DNA of 63,641 nt, the filler included. It is 5 parts of 5 records of this genome, joined end to end, with 100 filler letters (N's around TTAATTAATTAA, not from the genome) between each part and the next. Parts side by side here need not be neighbours in the genome. Positions count along the whole stretch, not along the records: positions 30,688 to 52,731 come from SRR31156797_799; 4 more parts are not named here. One strand, 5' to 3'. The notes beneath the pieces were generated by a model. The model was not told where the DNA came from. It did not search any database and saw only the letters and a program-made list of their open reading frames with translations. Numbering within the stretch: position 1 is the first letter of the stretch; every line of letters starts with the position of its first letter. Made by a program: the position numbers and the translations under genes. Below, one piece after another: positions 40,954 to 50,758 of this stretch.

Positions 40954-41760
40954 ATGAAAAAACTATTACTGATTTTAAGTATTGCCTTTATGCCGCAACT
41001 GATATCGGCCCAGTATATTCAGGCCGGTGATTCTCTCAGCCCCGGGGTTATTTTTGTTGATATACCGGATGAGTGGGTTTCATCTTCATTTCCTTCCGGA
41101 ACCGAGGCGTTCAACCTGGATATAAATGGTGATGGCAGCAATGAAATTACGTTTTCGTCGTATAAAAATTCCACCATGTCATCCACAATACAGGTTACCG
41201 GGTGCCAACCGGCAACTGGCTCTTCAACGGAAATTATTGTAACCCCAGACAACGACACATGGGTGGCATCCATTCCCGAAGAAACCTGGATAGGATCTCA
41301 AAGCAACTGGGGTGAAGGAGGTACCTTAAGTGGTGAATATGCCATTAATTATGAGGTAACCCTGACAGGTGTTTTTAGTGAAGGTTTTATTGGATTTAAG
41401 ACCATGATCAACGGACAGCTTACCCATGGCTGGGTGCAGGCTTTTGCATCGCCGGGAAGTGTAGCCATATTTTCGTACGCCTATCAGGATGTTACTACCG
41501 GAATAAACCAGATTTCAACCCAGGAAATAGCGATATACCCAAACCCTGTCGACCAGGATTTGTGGGTCACCATTCCCGAAAACCAAGGGAATCGCCTTAA
41601 ATACTGCATTTACGACCTTACCGGCGCGGAACTTGGCTCAGGCCGGATATCATCAAACAATGGAACTGTAAATTGCCAGCACCTCGCTCCTGGCATGTAT
41701 TACATCAGGATCACCAACCACGATGAAGTGATTTCAGCACACAAATTCATCAAGCAATAA
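40954..41760 (+). CDS. T9SS type A sorting domain protein
   Basis: Signal peptide; IYPNP...YDLTG...L.PGMYYIRI...KFIKQ. Confidence 0.85.
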   Translation: MKKLLLILSIAFMPQLISAQYIQAGDSLSPGVIFVDIPDEWVSSSFPSGTEAFNLDINGDGSNEITFSSYKNSTMSSTIQVTGCQPATGSSTEIIVTPDNDTWVASIPEETWIGSQSNWGEGGTLSGEYAINYEVTLTGVFSEGFIGFKTMINGQLTHGWVQAFASPGSVAIFSYAYQDVTTGINQISTQEIAIYPNPVDQDLWVTIPENQGNRLKYCIYDLTGAELGSGRISSNNGTVNCQHLAPGMYYIRITNHDEVISAHKFIKQ

Positions 41761-41831
41761 CTGACATCAGAATTTGCCTTTTATTTAAAGCCTGACGAAG
41801 ATTTATCGATAAAAAATTAGCGGATTTGCGA

Positions 41832-42626
41832 TTACAGCGCTTTGGATTCATGCCATGTGGCACCTTCCAAAATGGCATCATACTTATATCCGGCTCCAAA
41901 ATCCTTGTCCACACTCAGGGTGCCTGTAAAAGTCACCTCATCTCCAAGGGAGAAGTTAACCGGTTCAAAGGTTGTGATGGTCAGATCGTAATGCTTTCCG
42001 CTTTTGGTCCCGTCCTGGATATGAATCCAGCTGCGGTTCATGATGTTCTGGCTGATTTTAACCACCTCTCCTTTTACAGTAATTGTTTTTCCACCCAGCG
42101 ATTCAAGGTTTCCGTAGATGCTGCCAATGGTTTGGCCCTCGCCTGCAGGTTCTACCTCGATGTGATCATGCATGCGTGTTTTGGTATGGGCGTGAGGGTC
42201 GGATTTTTTAAAGTCAGATGATCCGGCATGTATGGTTTCGGTCTCTGAAAAATTCTGGATAAACATTACCGAATCGAACGTCCGGTTGAGTTGTTTACTC
42301 TCAAAATCCTTCATCATAAGCGCATCTGAAAAGGCATAGGTTTTTCCGATCTCAAGAGGCCTTGCTGTGATCGCCGCCCAAAATTGCTTACCATTTTCAT
42401 CCAGTTTCACATAAGTGTACGTTCCGGCATCTATGGCTTCGAGCGCCACCGCCATACGGTAATTTTTTCCCGGTGAAACCGCATTCCCGGATGAAGTTTT
42501 GTTATCATCTGAAGATAGTTTGTCCATTACCTTATCCAGTGCCTGATAATCCTGAGATGAATTTTCAGAACCATTGTTACAGGATACCAACAATACGAGT
42601 GCAAAAAACCAAATATATTTAAACAT
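41832..42626 (-). CDS. Lipoprotein with two OB-fold-like domains (NrfJ-like)
   Basis: Lipobox LVSC; GTYTYV..WAA, FESKQL.RTF, V.GEVVK...IM.R.WIHIQDG, DFGAGY. Confidence 0.6.
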   Translation of the reverse strand: MFKYIWFFALVLLVSCNNGSENSSQDYQALDKVMDKLSSDDNKTSSGNAVSPGKNYRMAVALEAIDAGTYTYVKLDENGKQFWAAITARPLEIGKTYAFSDALMMKDFESKQLNRTFDSVMFIQNFSETETIHAGSSDFKKSDPHAHTKTRMHDHIEVEPAGEGQTIGSIYGNLESLGGKTITVKGEVVKISQNIMNRSWIHIQDGTKSGKHYDLTITTFEPVNFSLGDEVTFTGTLSVDKDFGAGYKYDAILEGATWHESKAL

Positions 42627-42733
42627 ATGCTACTTCTTTTTTTATGAATAATTTGAACTAAACCGCAATAAACAATTTTTTTCTATTCCACCCAAATGCA
42701 ATTGAGCATCACAGACTAATTTCACAAGATCAC

Positions 42734-43453
42734 TTATCTGCCGGTCGGATATTCTGATTCAACCTTTTTATCATCCACGCCTTTAATCAGCAACCAAAGG
42801 GTAAACGACAACTCACCCACTACCCCGGGCAGCAGCACAATCATCATAAATATGTCGGCATAATTATCATATCCTGCCATCATAAAATTGGCAAAACTGT
42901 CAACGAGGTAGCCAACTCCGGCAATGATCAGTAAAATACCCACAATACCGGGGATGTAATTTGCTTTCCGGATAAGCCATCCCAGGAACACCAGGTGTAC
43001 GCCAAAAAATATCAGTCCGATGAGCCACACAATGTTAAAGGCTTCCAGCGATCGCATCACTTCCATAGCTATCATGTCCTGGCTGGCCCCGGTGAGATAT
43101 CCGCCTCCGCCAGCCAACTGCACAACTTCCACCAGATGAAACAAAGCCACGCCGAAAATAGTGCCGTTCACCAGCCTGAACCAGGCCTGGAACAATGACA
43201 TGTTTTTATTTACGGGTTTGAGGAGCAGGTATAATGCCCAGGCCAGCACCAGATCAAAGATCACCATCAGGATAAAACTTAAGATCCCGATCCGGAACAA
43301 ACCATCCGCCTCCCTGATGTTTTGCAGGGTTGATGCTCCATCGCCCGGAACCACCAGGCCTTCGATAACAAAAAAGTTGGCAAAAATACCGGTGAGAAAA
43401 ATAATGAGATAGCCGACACCTGCCAGTTTGGAAATACTTTTTAATGAATTCAT
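42734..43453 (-). CDS. DUF4386 family membrane protein
   Basis: AGVGYL, GLIFFG.HL, GE..F.LWLLIKG. Confidence 0.8.
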   Translation of the reverse strand: MNSLKSISKLAGVGYLIIFLTGIFANFFVIEGLVVPGDGASTLQNIREADGLFRIGILSFILMVIFDLVLAWALYLLLKPVNKNMSLFQAWFRLVNGTIFGVALFHLVEVVQLAGGGGYLTGASQDMIAMEVMRSLEAFNIVWLIGLIFFGVHLVFLGWLIRKANYIPGIVGILLIIAGVGYLVDSFANFMMAGYDNYADIFMMIVLLPGVVGELSFTLWLLIKGVDDKKVESEYPTGR

Positions 43454-43660
43454 GGTTTCAAAATTGTTTTTCCATTAAGGATTGAAACCGGATTTGGTTC
43501 AAAATAAAAGGATAAAAAAGTTGAACATTGACAACTTACAAGACTAGCCAAATTCAGAACTTTTATCAGGAAATCTACATGGAAAAATCCGGATTATCAG
43601 GAACAGAAACAGGATGCATATTTTGGTCAGTTCGTATTTATATCGTCAACCGCTTCAGAC

Positions 43661-44020
43661 TTACCGCAATATTTTTTCCATCTTTTTGCCTTTAGCCAGC
43701 TCATCCACTAATTTATCCAAATACCTCACCTGCCTGGTTAATGGAGTTTCAATTTCCTCGATTCTGTAGCCACAAATTACGCCTTTGATCAGATGTGCAT
43801 TGGGGTTGAGTTTGGCTTTAGAAAAAAATGTTTCAAATGTCGCCTCCTCATCGATCATTTCCTGCAGTCTGTCATCATTAAAGCCTGTAAGCCATGTTAT
43901 GACCTGATGCAATTCTTTTTTTGTCCTGCCCTTGTTTTCCACCTTAGCAACATAATGTGGATAAACCGAAGCAAACTTCATCATCGCAATTTTACTGTCG
44001 TGTTCCGGAGTTGTATTCAT
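43661..44020 (-). CDS. DUF2200 family protein
   Basis: FASVYPHY..K.E.KGRT..E...I.WLTG; GVICGYR.EEIE; RYLDKLVDELAKG. Confidence 0.9.
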   Translation of the reverse strand: MNTTPEHDSKIAMMKFASVYPHYVAKVENKGRTKKELHQVITWLTGFNDDRLQEMIDEEATFETFFSKAKLNPNAHLIKGVICGYRIEEIETPLTRQVRYLDKLVDELAKGKKMEKILR

Positions 44021-44096
44021 AGTTTCAGAATGTTTAAGTGTATGTTTTACTGATTATTATGCGAAAAAAAACACACAACAGTATATCTTGTTTAGT

Positions 44097-45062
44097 TTAC
44101 CGGGAAATTTCTATGACTACATTCCCCATTTTCTTCCCCGATCGCACGTAACTGTAGGCCTCTCCTATCCGGTCGAGCGGGTAGGATTTTTCGATAACCG
44201 GTTTAAACAGCCCATCTTCCAGCAGTTGCCTGATAAAAAGTACACTGCGCCTGCAATCTACTGGCAGGGGGAACTTTACTTTTTTACCGCCAAATAGCGG
44301 TGAAATTAAAGCCAGGAATGGATTTTGGCCACCGGGACCTAACTCCGACGAAAGGTAAATACCGCCCCGTTTAAGCAATGGCTTGCATTTCCAAAATGTG
44401 CTTTTACCAACCGCATCAAACACGTAATCGTATTTTTCAGGATCCTTTGTAAAATCCTCCCGTTCCCAGTCGATGACCTTGTCCGGGCCCAGGGCCTTCA
44501 CAATAGCTAATCCAGCTGTTGTGGAGGTGGCGGTTACTTCAGCGCCATAATATTTCAGCATTTGAACTGCCGCAGAGCCAATGGCCCCAGTGGCGCCATT
44601 TACAAGCACTTTATGTCCTCTGGCCATTTTCACTTTATTGATGAAATTATAGGCATAATGCGCACCCTCAGCACTGGCTGCGGCCTCTTCAAAAGAAATG
44701 CTTTCAGGGATTGTGGCTATGCCTTTATCTTCAGCAAAGGTCATATACTCGGCCTGGGATTGAATACCGGTGTCATCGAATCCCCAAACCCTGTCGCCCG
44801 GTTTAAAATCCTTAACATTTTTCCCGGCCTCCACAACCACGCCGGCAAAGTCGGTGCCGGGTACCAGGTGTTTTGGTTTGGGCAGGCCTGAAAAAAACCT
44901 GATGATAAAAGGCGTACCCCAAAGAATTCCACAATCAGTGCGGTTAACTGTGGTTGCATGAACCCGGATCAGGACTTCATTTTCCTTTGGAACCGGCTTG
45001 TCAGTTTCTTTAACAGTGATCACTTCAGGGCCACCGTAACGGTTGCGTGTTGCTGCTTTCAT
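44097..45062 (-). CDS. MDR-family NAD(P)-dependent oxidoreductase
   Basis: YGGPEV, PGTDFAG, NGATGAIG, FDAVG. Confidence 0.88.
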   Translation of the reverse strand: MKAATRNRYGGPEVITVKETDKPVPKENEVLIRVHATTVNRTDCGILWGTPFIIRFFSGLPKPKHLVPGTDFAGVVVEAGKNVKDFKPGDRVWGFDDTGIQSQAEYMTFAEDKGIATIPESISFEEAAASAEGAHYAYNFINKVKMARGHKVLVNGATGAIGSAAVQMLKYYGAEVTATSTTAGLAIVKALGPDKVIDWEREDFTKDPEKYDYVFDAVGKSTFWKCKPLLKRGGIYLSSELGPGGQNPFLALISPLFGGKKVKFPLPVDCRRSVLFIRQLLEDGLFKPVIEKSYPLDRIGEAYSYVRSGKKMGNVVIEISR

Positions 45063-45290
45063 GGGGTTGAAGGTTTTTGATATCAGGTTATTGGGTTATT
45101 AGGTTTCTGCTTTATTGAGATACTGGGTTATTGGGTCATTTAGTGATGCAATTCTAAAAATCCAGAATTTACAAAAGAACAATATTTTGATTTACGAGGT
45201 CCATTACACGACCTTGCAACCTGCACTATTTTTGGGGGGGAACTTACACAATGACAGCCCTTTGGCTTAACGTGTAAGGATATTCTTTGA

Positions 45291-46253
45291 TTAATGCGCT
45301 TTGGCGTTGATATATTTCCTGAAAAAAGCCACGATCTCATCCTTAACAGTTTTGGGATGTTTGTGCCCGGTGCCTTCAAGGGTTTTTACGGTAGCGTTTA
45401 CATTTTGCTGCTGATAGATTTCGCGGCATTCCGCCCAGCGGTCGGGCAGCATTTTTTTATCCAACACACGGTAAATCAGTTCCCTTTCTTCCCGGCTGTA
45501 TGCATCATCGTAAGGTATGGCATCGTTTTCGTCCAGCTCGCCCATGAAATAAAACTGTGGGGTTTTCAAAAAAGATTCCCTGTTAAAACCCTTCCCGGTC
45601 AGTGTTTTAAAATCGCCGGTTCCCACAGGAAAAGGAAGCATTTCCCCTTTTAAGCTGTCCAGCGGAAGCATCAGCAGGCCGTTGAGGCCGCCTGCCGCCA
45701 CTGCCAGCACACGGTCGGGGTGCAGCAACGTGAACCGGTTGGCAAACGATCCGGAAGCCGAGAAGCCTGTCATGAAGAACCTGTCGTCCGTTTGGATGTT
45801 GCGCTCTGTAAGCTGCCGGCGGGCATCTTCAAACATGGCGATCAGTTGCAGGTCGATACGTTCAAGATCATTTCCCTGTTGCAGCATTACATCCCGGTCA
45901 AGTGCATGGGCATAGATCCACCACTCACTTTTAGGACGCGGGAAAACCGGTACCAGCAGCGGGACTTTCAGTTCGCGGGCAACATAGTTTCCGAGATAAA
46001 AATCTTTTGTAGCCGTACGTTCGGCTTTGTTAATGTGCTTCTGCAGGGTGTCGTTGGCAAAGCCGGAGTTGTTGGGTTCCACCACCATGCAAACTTTTTC
46101 GGTTTGGGAAACGCCGTCCGGGATAAACAGAAAATACGGAAACTGAAATGCATCCTCCGGGCCGGGTTCGGTAAAGATGAGTTCACCATTGATAGAGTGA
46201 TTACATCCGGCCAGCGTAATGATCAGCGCTGTGTAAAGAAATATTTTTTTCAT
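45291..46253 (-). CDS. Alpha/beta-hydrolase-like lipoprotein
   Basis: Lipobox LAGC; nucleophile elbow GFSASG; C-terminal GH. Confidence 0.7.
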   Translation of the reverse strand: MKKIFLYTALIITLAGCNHSINGELIFTEPGPEDAFQFPYFLFIPDGVSQTEKVCMVVEPNNSGFANDTLQKHINKAERTATKDFYLGNYVARELKVPLLVPVFPRPKSEWWIYAHALDRDVMLQQGNDLERIDLQLIAMFEDARRQLTERNIQTDDRFFMTGFSASGSFANRFTLLHPDRVLAVAAGGLNGLLMLPLDSLKGEMLPFPVGTGDFKTLTGKGFNRESFLKTPQFYFMGELDENDAIPYDDAYSREERELIYRVLDKKMLPDRWAECREIYQQQNVNATVKTLEGTGHKHPKTVKDEIVAFFRKYINAKAH

Positions 46254-46310
46254 CAGATACAAAAATCTATTCATCTTCATTTTAAATTGCATCTATTTCA
46301 TCGGTTGCAA

Positions 46311-46446
46311 TTGTGTAACGTTTTGCAGCTACCCGAAGGTGGCGATTTTTACCATAAATGTTGATGCGGAGAACCAAACTTTGATTAACCACAAATGTGT
46401 CTGCGGAGCACTGAACCGCCACTTTTGGGTAGGTGCTGTTAGCGGC
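46311..46446 (-). repeat. attC-like recombination site
   Basis: Minus strand GCCGCTAAC - 23-bp imperfect inverted arms (19/23) - GTTACAC, directly after the stop of 46500-47213. Confidence 0.7.
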
Positions 46447-46499
46447 TGGTTTATTTCTGTCAAAGTGAGTTAAGGTTTTCATCCTACTAATATATTCAT

Positions 46500-47213
46500 T
46501 TATACCCCAAGTTTACTTTTGGCAGTCAAAATAATGTCCGTTAATGCACTTTCAACCGCTTCCGTTTTTTGTATTAACTCATTTCTAATTGCTTCTAAAC
46601 GGTCAGCTTTTCGTTGGTCGTAATTTTGAAGTTCTTTATTGATGTCTAAACCTGGTTGCAGTCCGTATGTAGGATTTGGTTGAGTTTGGTTGCTTGGATA
46701 CACAAAAAAATTTGTCGCTCTAAAAACAAGATAACTATTCAATTTGTCACGGAGATTTTGTCCCTTGTTAGTGATGGATTTTGTAAGAAATGTGTTTTCG
46801 GGCTGCTCTAAAAAATGCTGAATTTGATATAAATGAGTGCCTTGAGACGATTGGTAATAAAAGTGAGTGCTAATTTGTTGAAGAATATTTCTTGCTTGTG
46901 GAAAGTCAGCAAGAGTTCTAAACTCTTCCCATTTTCCTTTGTCGTGGTTCATAGCTTTTAATGCCGTAAATCCAAGATAAATGCAGTAGAAGCCAATAAC
47001 TAACAAAATAACTCCAACTATAATGTCATAGTTATCTAAAGGTTTGTTGAAGAACTGTTCTGAAACAATTCCCAATGCTACAATTATCCAATTTCCAGAC
47101 AAGGCATTTGCTCCAGCCGTAATTAAAATTGTCCCAATAGTAAATAAGATATTCTTCTGCCATCGAAAGGAAATTTTTATTTTGTCGAGTAAATTAAGTG
47201 AAAGTTCTCTCAT
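46500..47213 (-). CDS. Hypothetical membrane protein (cassette gene)
   Basis: 237 aa, N-terminal TM helices, visibly more AT-rich than its neighbours. Confidence 0.7.
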   Translation of the reverse strand: MRELSLNLLDKIKISFRWQKNILFTIGTILITAGANALSGNWIIVALGIVSEQFFNKPLDNYDIIVGVILLVIGFYCIYLGFTALKAMNHDKGKWEEFRTLADFPQARNILQQISTHFYYQSSQGTHLYQIQHFLEQPENTFLTKSITNKGQNLRDKLNSYLVFRATNFFVYPSNQTQPNPTYGLQPGLDINKELQNYDQRKADRLEAIRNELIQKTEAVESALTDIILTAKSKLGV

Positions 47214-47268
47214 TTTTTTATCGTCAGTTTATGTCTTAAATATTTATGTTGAACGGTCTTCAAAACTT

Positions 47269-47301
47269 GCCGCTAACAGTTTTGTAAACCTATTACGTTT
47301 A
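47269..47301 (-). other. attI-like site / cassette 5' boundary
   Basis: Minus strand TAAAC-gtaatag-GTTTA-caaaact-GTTAGCGGC. Confidence 0.5.
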
Positions 47302-47752
47302 TTTCTCTTTTAGCAGCAAATCAGCTAACACGCACAAGACCAACCACAAAAACGTGTATAAGTGCTTGTAAACATTTACAATCAGATACTTGTAGTTGGG
47401 CTTCATTTGCTTATTATTTTTTTTACAGATCAAATTTAAAAAAAATGCCGGGAAGTGGAAGGCAAATAGATGAGATTAATCGTTTTGAAATTTTCATCCA
47501 TAAAATCCCGTCGGATTTCTTTGCGATGTTGGAGGGGGTTGCAGCCATTATTGCGTTGGATCCGGCATGTTCACCAGAATTTTCAACACACCCCGAAACT
47601 CATTAAAAACAATAATTTTGCGGGGCATGACAGAGATAGGATACAGAAAACCAAATAAGTGACATGCTGAGGTTACCTTAGCAGGCAAAAATCATTTTAA
47701 GATTGCACAATTTCATACCCATTCATTTAAAATACTGAAAAAGCAAGCGCTT

Positions 47753-48685
47753 ATGAAAAAGAAACCCGGCATTGGTAAAATGATCAGGGCACCGTTTCTG
47801 ACCTCAATTATTGCTCCCATCATTTTGGGAACCCTGTTGGCTGTTTTTCTGAATGGCAAACTGGAGTGGCTCAATTTTCTAATTGTGTTGATCATTGGTA
47901 TTGGTTTGCATGTAGCTACCAATGTTTACAACGACATTTATGATACGATACAGGGAACAGATAAAGTGAATGTACACCGCAATGAGTCCAGCGGAGGTTC
48001 AGGGGTATTGCTTGATCATCCCGAACTTATGGGCAGAATGTTCCTGCTGGCACGCCTTGGTTTGATTGTGGCACTGGCCGGAACTATAGCACTCATGCCA
48101 CTTATCGACAAGATACTATGGCCATATTTGTGGGGGTTGTATTTGCTGTCGGCGTTTTTTAGTAAATACTACACGGCACCACCATTTAAGCTGGCTTACC
48201 GGGGTTGGGGCGAAGTTTCCGTATGGTTCGCTTTTGGCCCCATGGCCATTCTCATAGCCGCCGTTAGCCAAAACCTGGGGCTGCATCCTTTGGTGTGGCT
48301 GTTGATGCCTGCTACCGGGCTCAGCACTTCATCCATTTTGCTGGCAGGGCAGATGATTGATCTGGAGGCAGACAGAAAAGGAGACAAACACGGTGTCGCC
48401 TCACGTATGGGCACCAGGTTTACATCAGTGCTATACCTTTTTGTGCAATCAGGAATAATAGCAAATGTAATTTTACTGTTTATTTATTTCCCGGGCAATT
48501 CATGGGTTTTCCTCATTTCACTCATCCCCTACCTGCTTATTTTTCCGAAAGCTGCAAGCATTATTTATAAAAATCATAACAAACCCGACCCAATCAAACA
48601 AGGTGCTAAACTTACTGTGCTCATCCATGTGGCTTTTTCTTTTTTACTAATTGTAGGATTCCTGATATACCTGTTTTTAGGATAG
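47753..48685 (+). CDS. menA: 1,4-dihydroxy-2-naphthoate prenyltransferase (UbiA family)
   Basis: IRAPFL, NVYNDIYD...GTD, GGS, YYTAPP..LAYRGWGE, D.EADRK..K. Confidence 0.8.
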   Translation: MKKKPGIGKMIRAPFLTSIIAPIILGTLLAVFLNGKLEWLNFLIVLIIGIGLHVATNVYNDIYDTIQGTDKVNVHRNESSGGSGVLLDHPELMGRMFLLARLGLIVALAGTIALMPLIDKILWPYLWGLYLLSAFFSKYYTAPPFKLAYRGWGEVSVWFAFGPMAILIAAVSQNLGLHPLVWLLMPATGLSTSSILLAGQMIDLEADRKGDKHGVASRMGTRFTSVLYLFVQSGIIANVILLFIYFPGNSWVFLISLIPYLLIFPKAASIIYKNHNKPDPIKQGAKLTVLIHVAFSFLLIVGFLIYLFLG

Positions 48686-48689
48686 TCTA

Positions 48690-50018
48690 TCAGGTTAGAA
48701 AAATCGCGGACAAAAAAAGGTAAAAAGCAAAGGCCGTGACAGATCCCGTCATATTGATCAGATCGTTGGGTGTGATGGTTTCCGGGGTTTTTGGTTGCTT
48801 AAAATATTGCATCCGAAGCAACTTGTCTTCCACAAAAGCCCCAAGCAGGGAATCCACAAAGCAGGCCAGAAAAGCGGAAACGCTGAGCAGAGCAATGATA
48901 TCCCAATGCCAAAAACCCATAAGTCCGTAGTACGATAAAGATGAGATTATGGTTGCACCAGCAAGTGCGGCCAAACTACCCACGAAAGAAATACCACCAT
49001 TGGTGCCGGCCGGTGCCATGCTCATTGTAGACAAAGAAAAGCATCGCTTACTCAGCAGCGGACCGATTTCACTGGCCCAGGTGTCGGCGGTTACAGCCGC
49101 CACAAAGGCTATAAAAAACAGGATGAATATTTCATTTTGCGTAACCAGGAACAGCGCAGCGCTGCAAACCGCCCATACAATATTGGCTATAACCTGCCAG
49201 GCATTGCGGGCGTTGGTTTTGGTTTGGGAGCCCCGAATGGCATGACGCCATCTTGTGAAAGCTGCAGAGCTCAGAAAGAAGAGCAAAACGGGCATCAGCC
49301 AGGGCCAACCCAGAACGCCTGCAAAATAAAAACCCAACAAAAAGGCAACGAAACTTCCCCGGCGGGTAAGGATAGTGAACTTAAACAACAGAAAACACCC
49401 CGGAACCAAAGCAAGCAGCATTGCGGACAAATACAGGTAGTTAAAATCGTTATGATAAGAAAAATAGAAAAATACGGCCAACCCGGCCGGAATGGTAAAA
49501 TTATCAGAACCACGCATTGAAGCTGTTTCAAGTAAAACTGCCCATAACAAAACAAAAAGGAGGTAAGGGATATCAAAACGCCATGGATCAGGTAAAATCA
49601 GATAGAAAATTAAAATGGCTGAAAGGGCGTAGGCTGCAATTCCGTAAATGCTCTTTTTGTCGTGGAACGGTCTTAACCAGCCGTTGCCTTTGTTTATTTT
49701 GCCTGCAAACCCGGCCAGGGTATCCGAAATGGAGAGCACCAGCAAAGAAGCATGAAAATAATACAGGGGCAGATGATACAAAATCAAAAAGGCCGATAAT
49801 ATCCCAATCGGGTAAAAAACCGTGCCCAGGCTTGTGTCTGCAGATTTGTGTAAGAGGTGAAACTTTTTATGATTGTATGTCAGAAACGCGAAAACTGTTC
49901 CCGCTGTGATCAGGTACAGTAAAATGTTCTTTTCCAAAACATAGCAAAGTGCCCAAATAATCAGACCTAAAGAAAGATGAATGGTTTTCCTGATAATCAA
50001 TCCTTTCTGATAGGTCAT
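48690..50018 (-). CDS. Fused prenol/phytol-kinase-like plus DUF92 membrane protein
   Basis: N-half RKTIH, SDTLAG..G, KKS..G, DN.TIP; C-half RNAWQV.AN, ADTWASEIG, GTNGG.S..G, DSLLGA, ND..N. Confidence 0.8.
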   Translation of the reverse strand: MTYQKGLIIRKTIHLSLGLIIWALCYVLEKNILLYLITAGTVFAFLTYNHKKFHLLHKSADTSLGTVFYPIGILSAFLILYHLPLYYFHASLLVLSISDTLAGFAGKINKGNGWLRPFHDKKSIYGIAAYALSAILIFYLILPDPWRFDIPYLLFVLLWAVLLETASMRGSDNFTIPAGLAVFFYFSYHNDFNYLYLSAMLLALVPGCFLLFKFTILTRRGSFVAFLLGFYFAGVLGWPWLMPVLLFFLSSAAFTRWRHAIRGSQTKTNARNAWQVIANIVWAVCSAALFLVTQNEIFILFFIAFVAAVTADTWASEIGPLLSKRCFSLSTMSMAPAGTNGGISFVGSLAALAGATIISSLSYYGLMGFWHWDIIALLSVSAFLACFVDSLLGAFVEDKLLRMQYFKQPKTPETITPNDLINMTGSVTAFAFYLFLSAIFLT

Positions 50019-50323
50019 ATAGGGCTCTTTTCGGGTTTAAAATCCAATCCTGTAACTACATATATTTTTCCCAAAAGTAGTATAGTTTATAAGCTGCCCA
50101 ACGATGCAAACTAATTACAGGAAATAATCCGCAAAGAAAGCACACTATAGTTATGATCTCGCCCCTGTCAGAAAAAACAGAATCGGATAAAGCCATCTAA
50201 TTTATGGTAAGTTCTTTATCAAGGTTCATCTTGTTGAAATTCCGGTTTTTCATATTATCGTTTTAAATACCCACATTTTAAATGTGATTGCCCTGTGCAG
50301 AATTGATACCTGCAGGCCATTCT

Positions 50324-50572
50324 CTATTTCAAATTTCCTTCATTAAGAAGTTTTTCCAAAGCCGATCTTTTGGTATTATTCCGGCCCGCTATGGGCAGAT
50401 ACACCAAAGGCAAAAAGGTCAGCAAGCCAAAGCCGTTTTTTACCATGCTGTAGATCGCCACGACAATCAGAAAACCAAAGATCACCGCATTGTAAATTTT
50501 CGTGGGTTTCATTTTTTTAGCTTCCCGAAACAATTCCGCATCTGATAATGCTGAAAGTTCTTTTTGATTCAT
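50324..50572 (-). CDS. Small hypothetical membrane protein
   Basis: 82 aa, two TM helices. Confidence 0.6.
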   Translation of the reverse strand: MNQKELSALSDAELFREAKKMKPTKIYNAVIFGFLIVVAIYSMVKNGFGLLTFLPLVYLPIAGRNNTKRSALEKLLNEGNLK

Positions 50573-50758
50573 GATTTGATATAGAATTTACTACTGTTTA
50601 AGTGCCAGCCTGAGTGAAAACAAAGCAACCTTTTAATAAGCTTAAATCTGTCTCATAGCTTCTGGAAGATTGCTTTGCAGCCATTTTATTTAAAATCAAC
50701 CAATTAAAAGTATTGCTTTTGCAGCACGCAAAAAAAAAGATTTGACCGTCCGCTGAAC

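Noticed and set aside
45085-45145. Degenerate 8-mer repeats (gttattgg)
   Set aside because: Low-complexity intergenic sequence with no associated gene
46282-46482. 66-aa ORF MKTLTHFDRNKPAANSTYPK...
   Set aside because: It coincides with the attC-like hairpin and is most likely a shadow ORF
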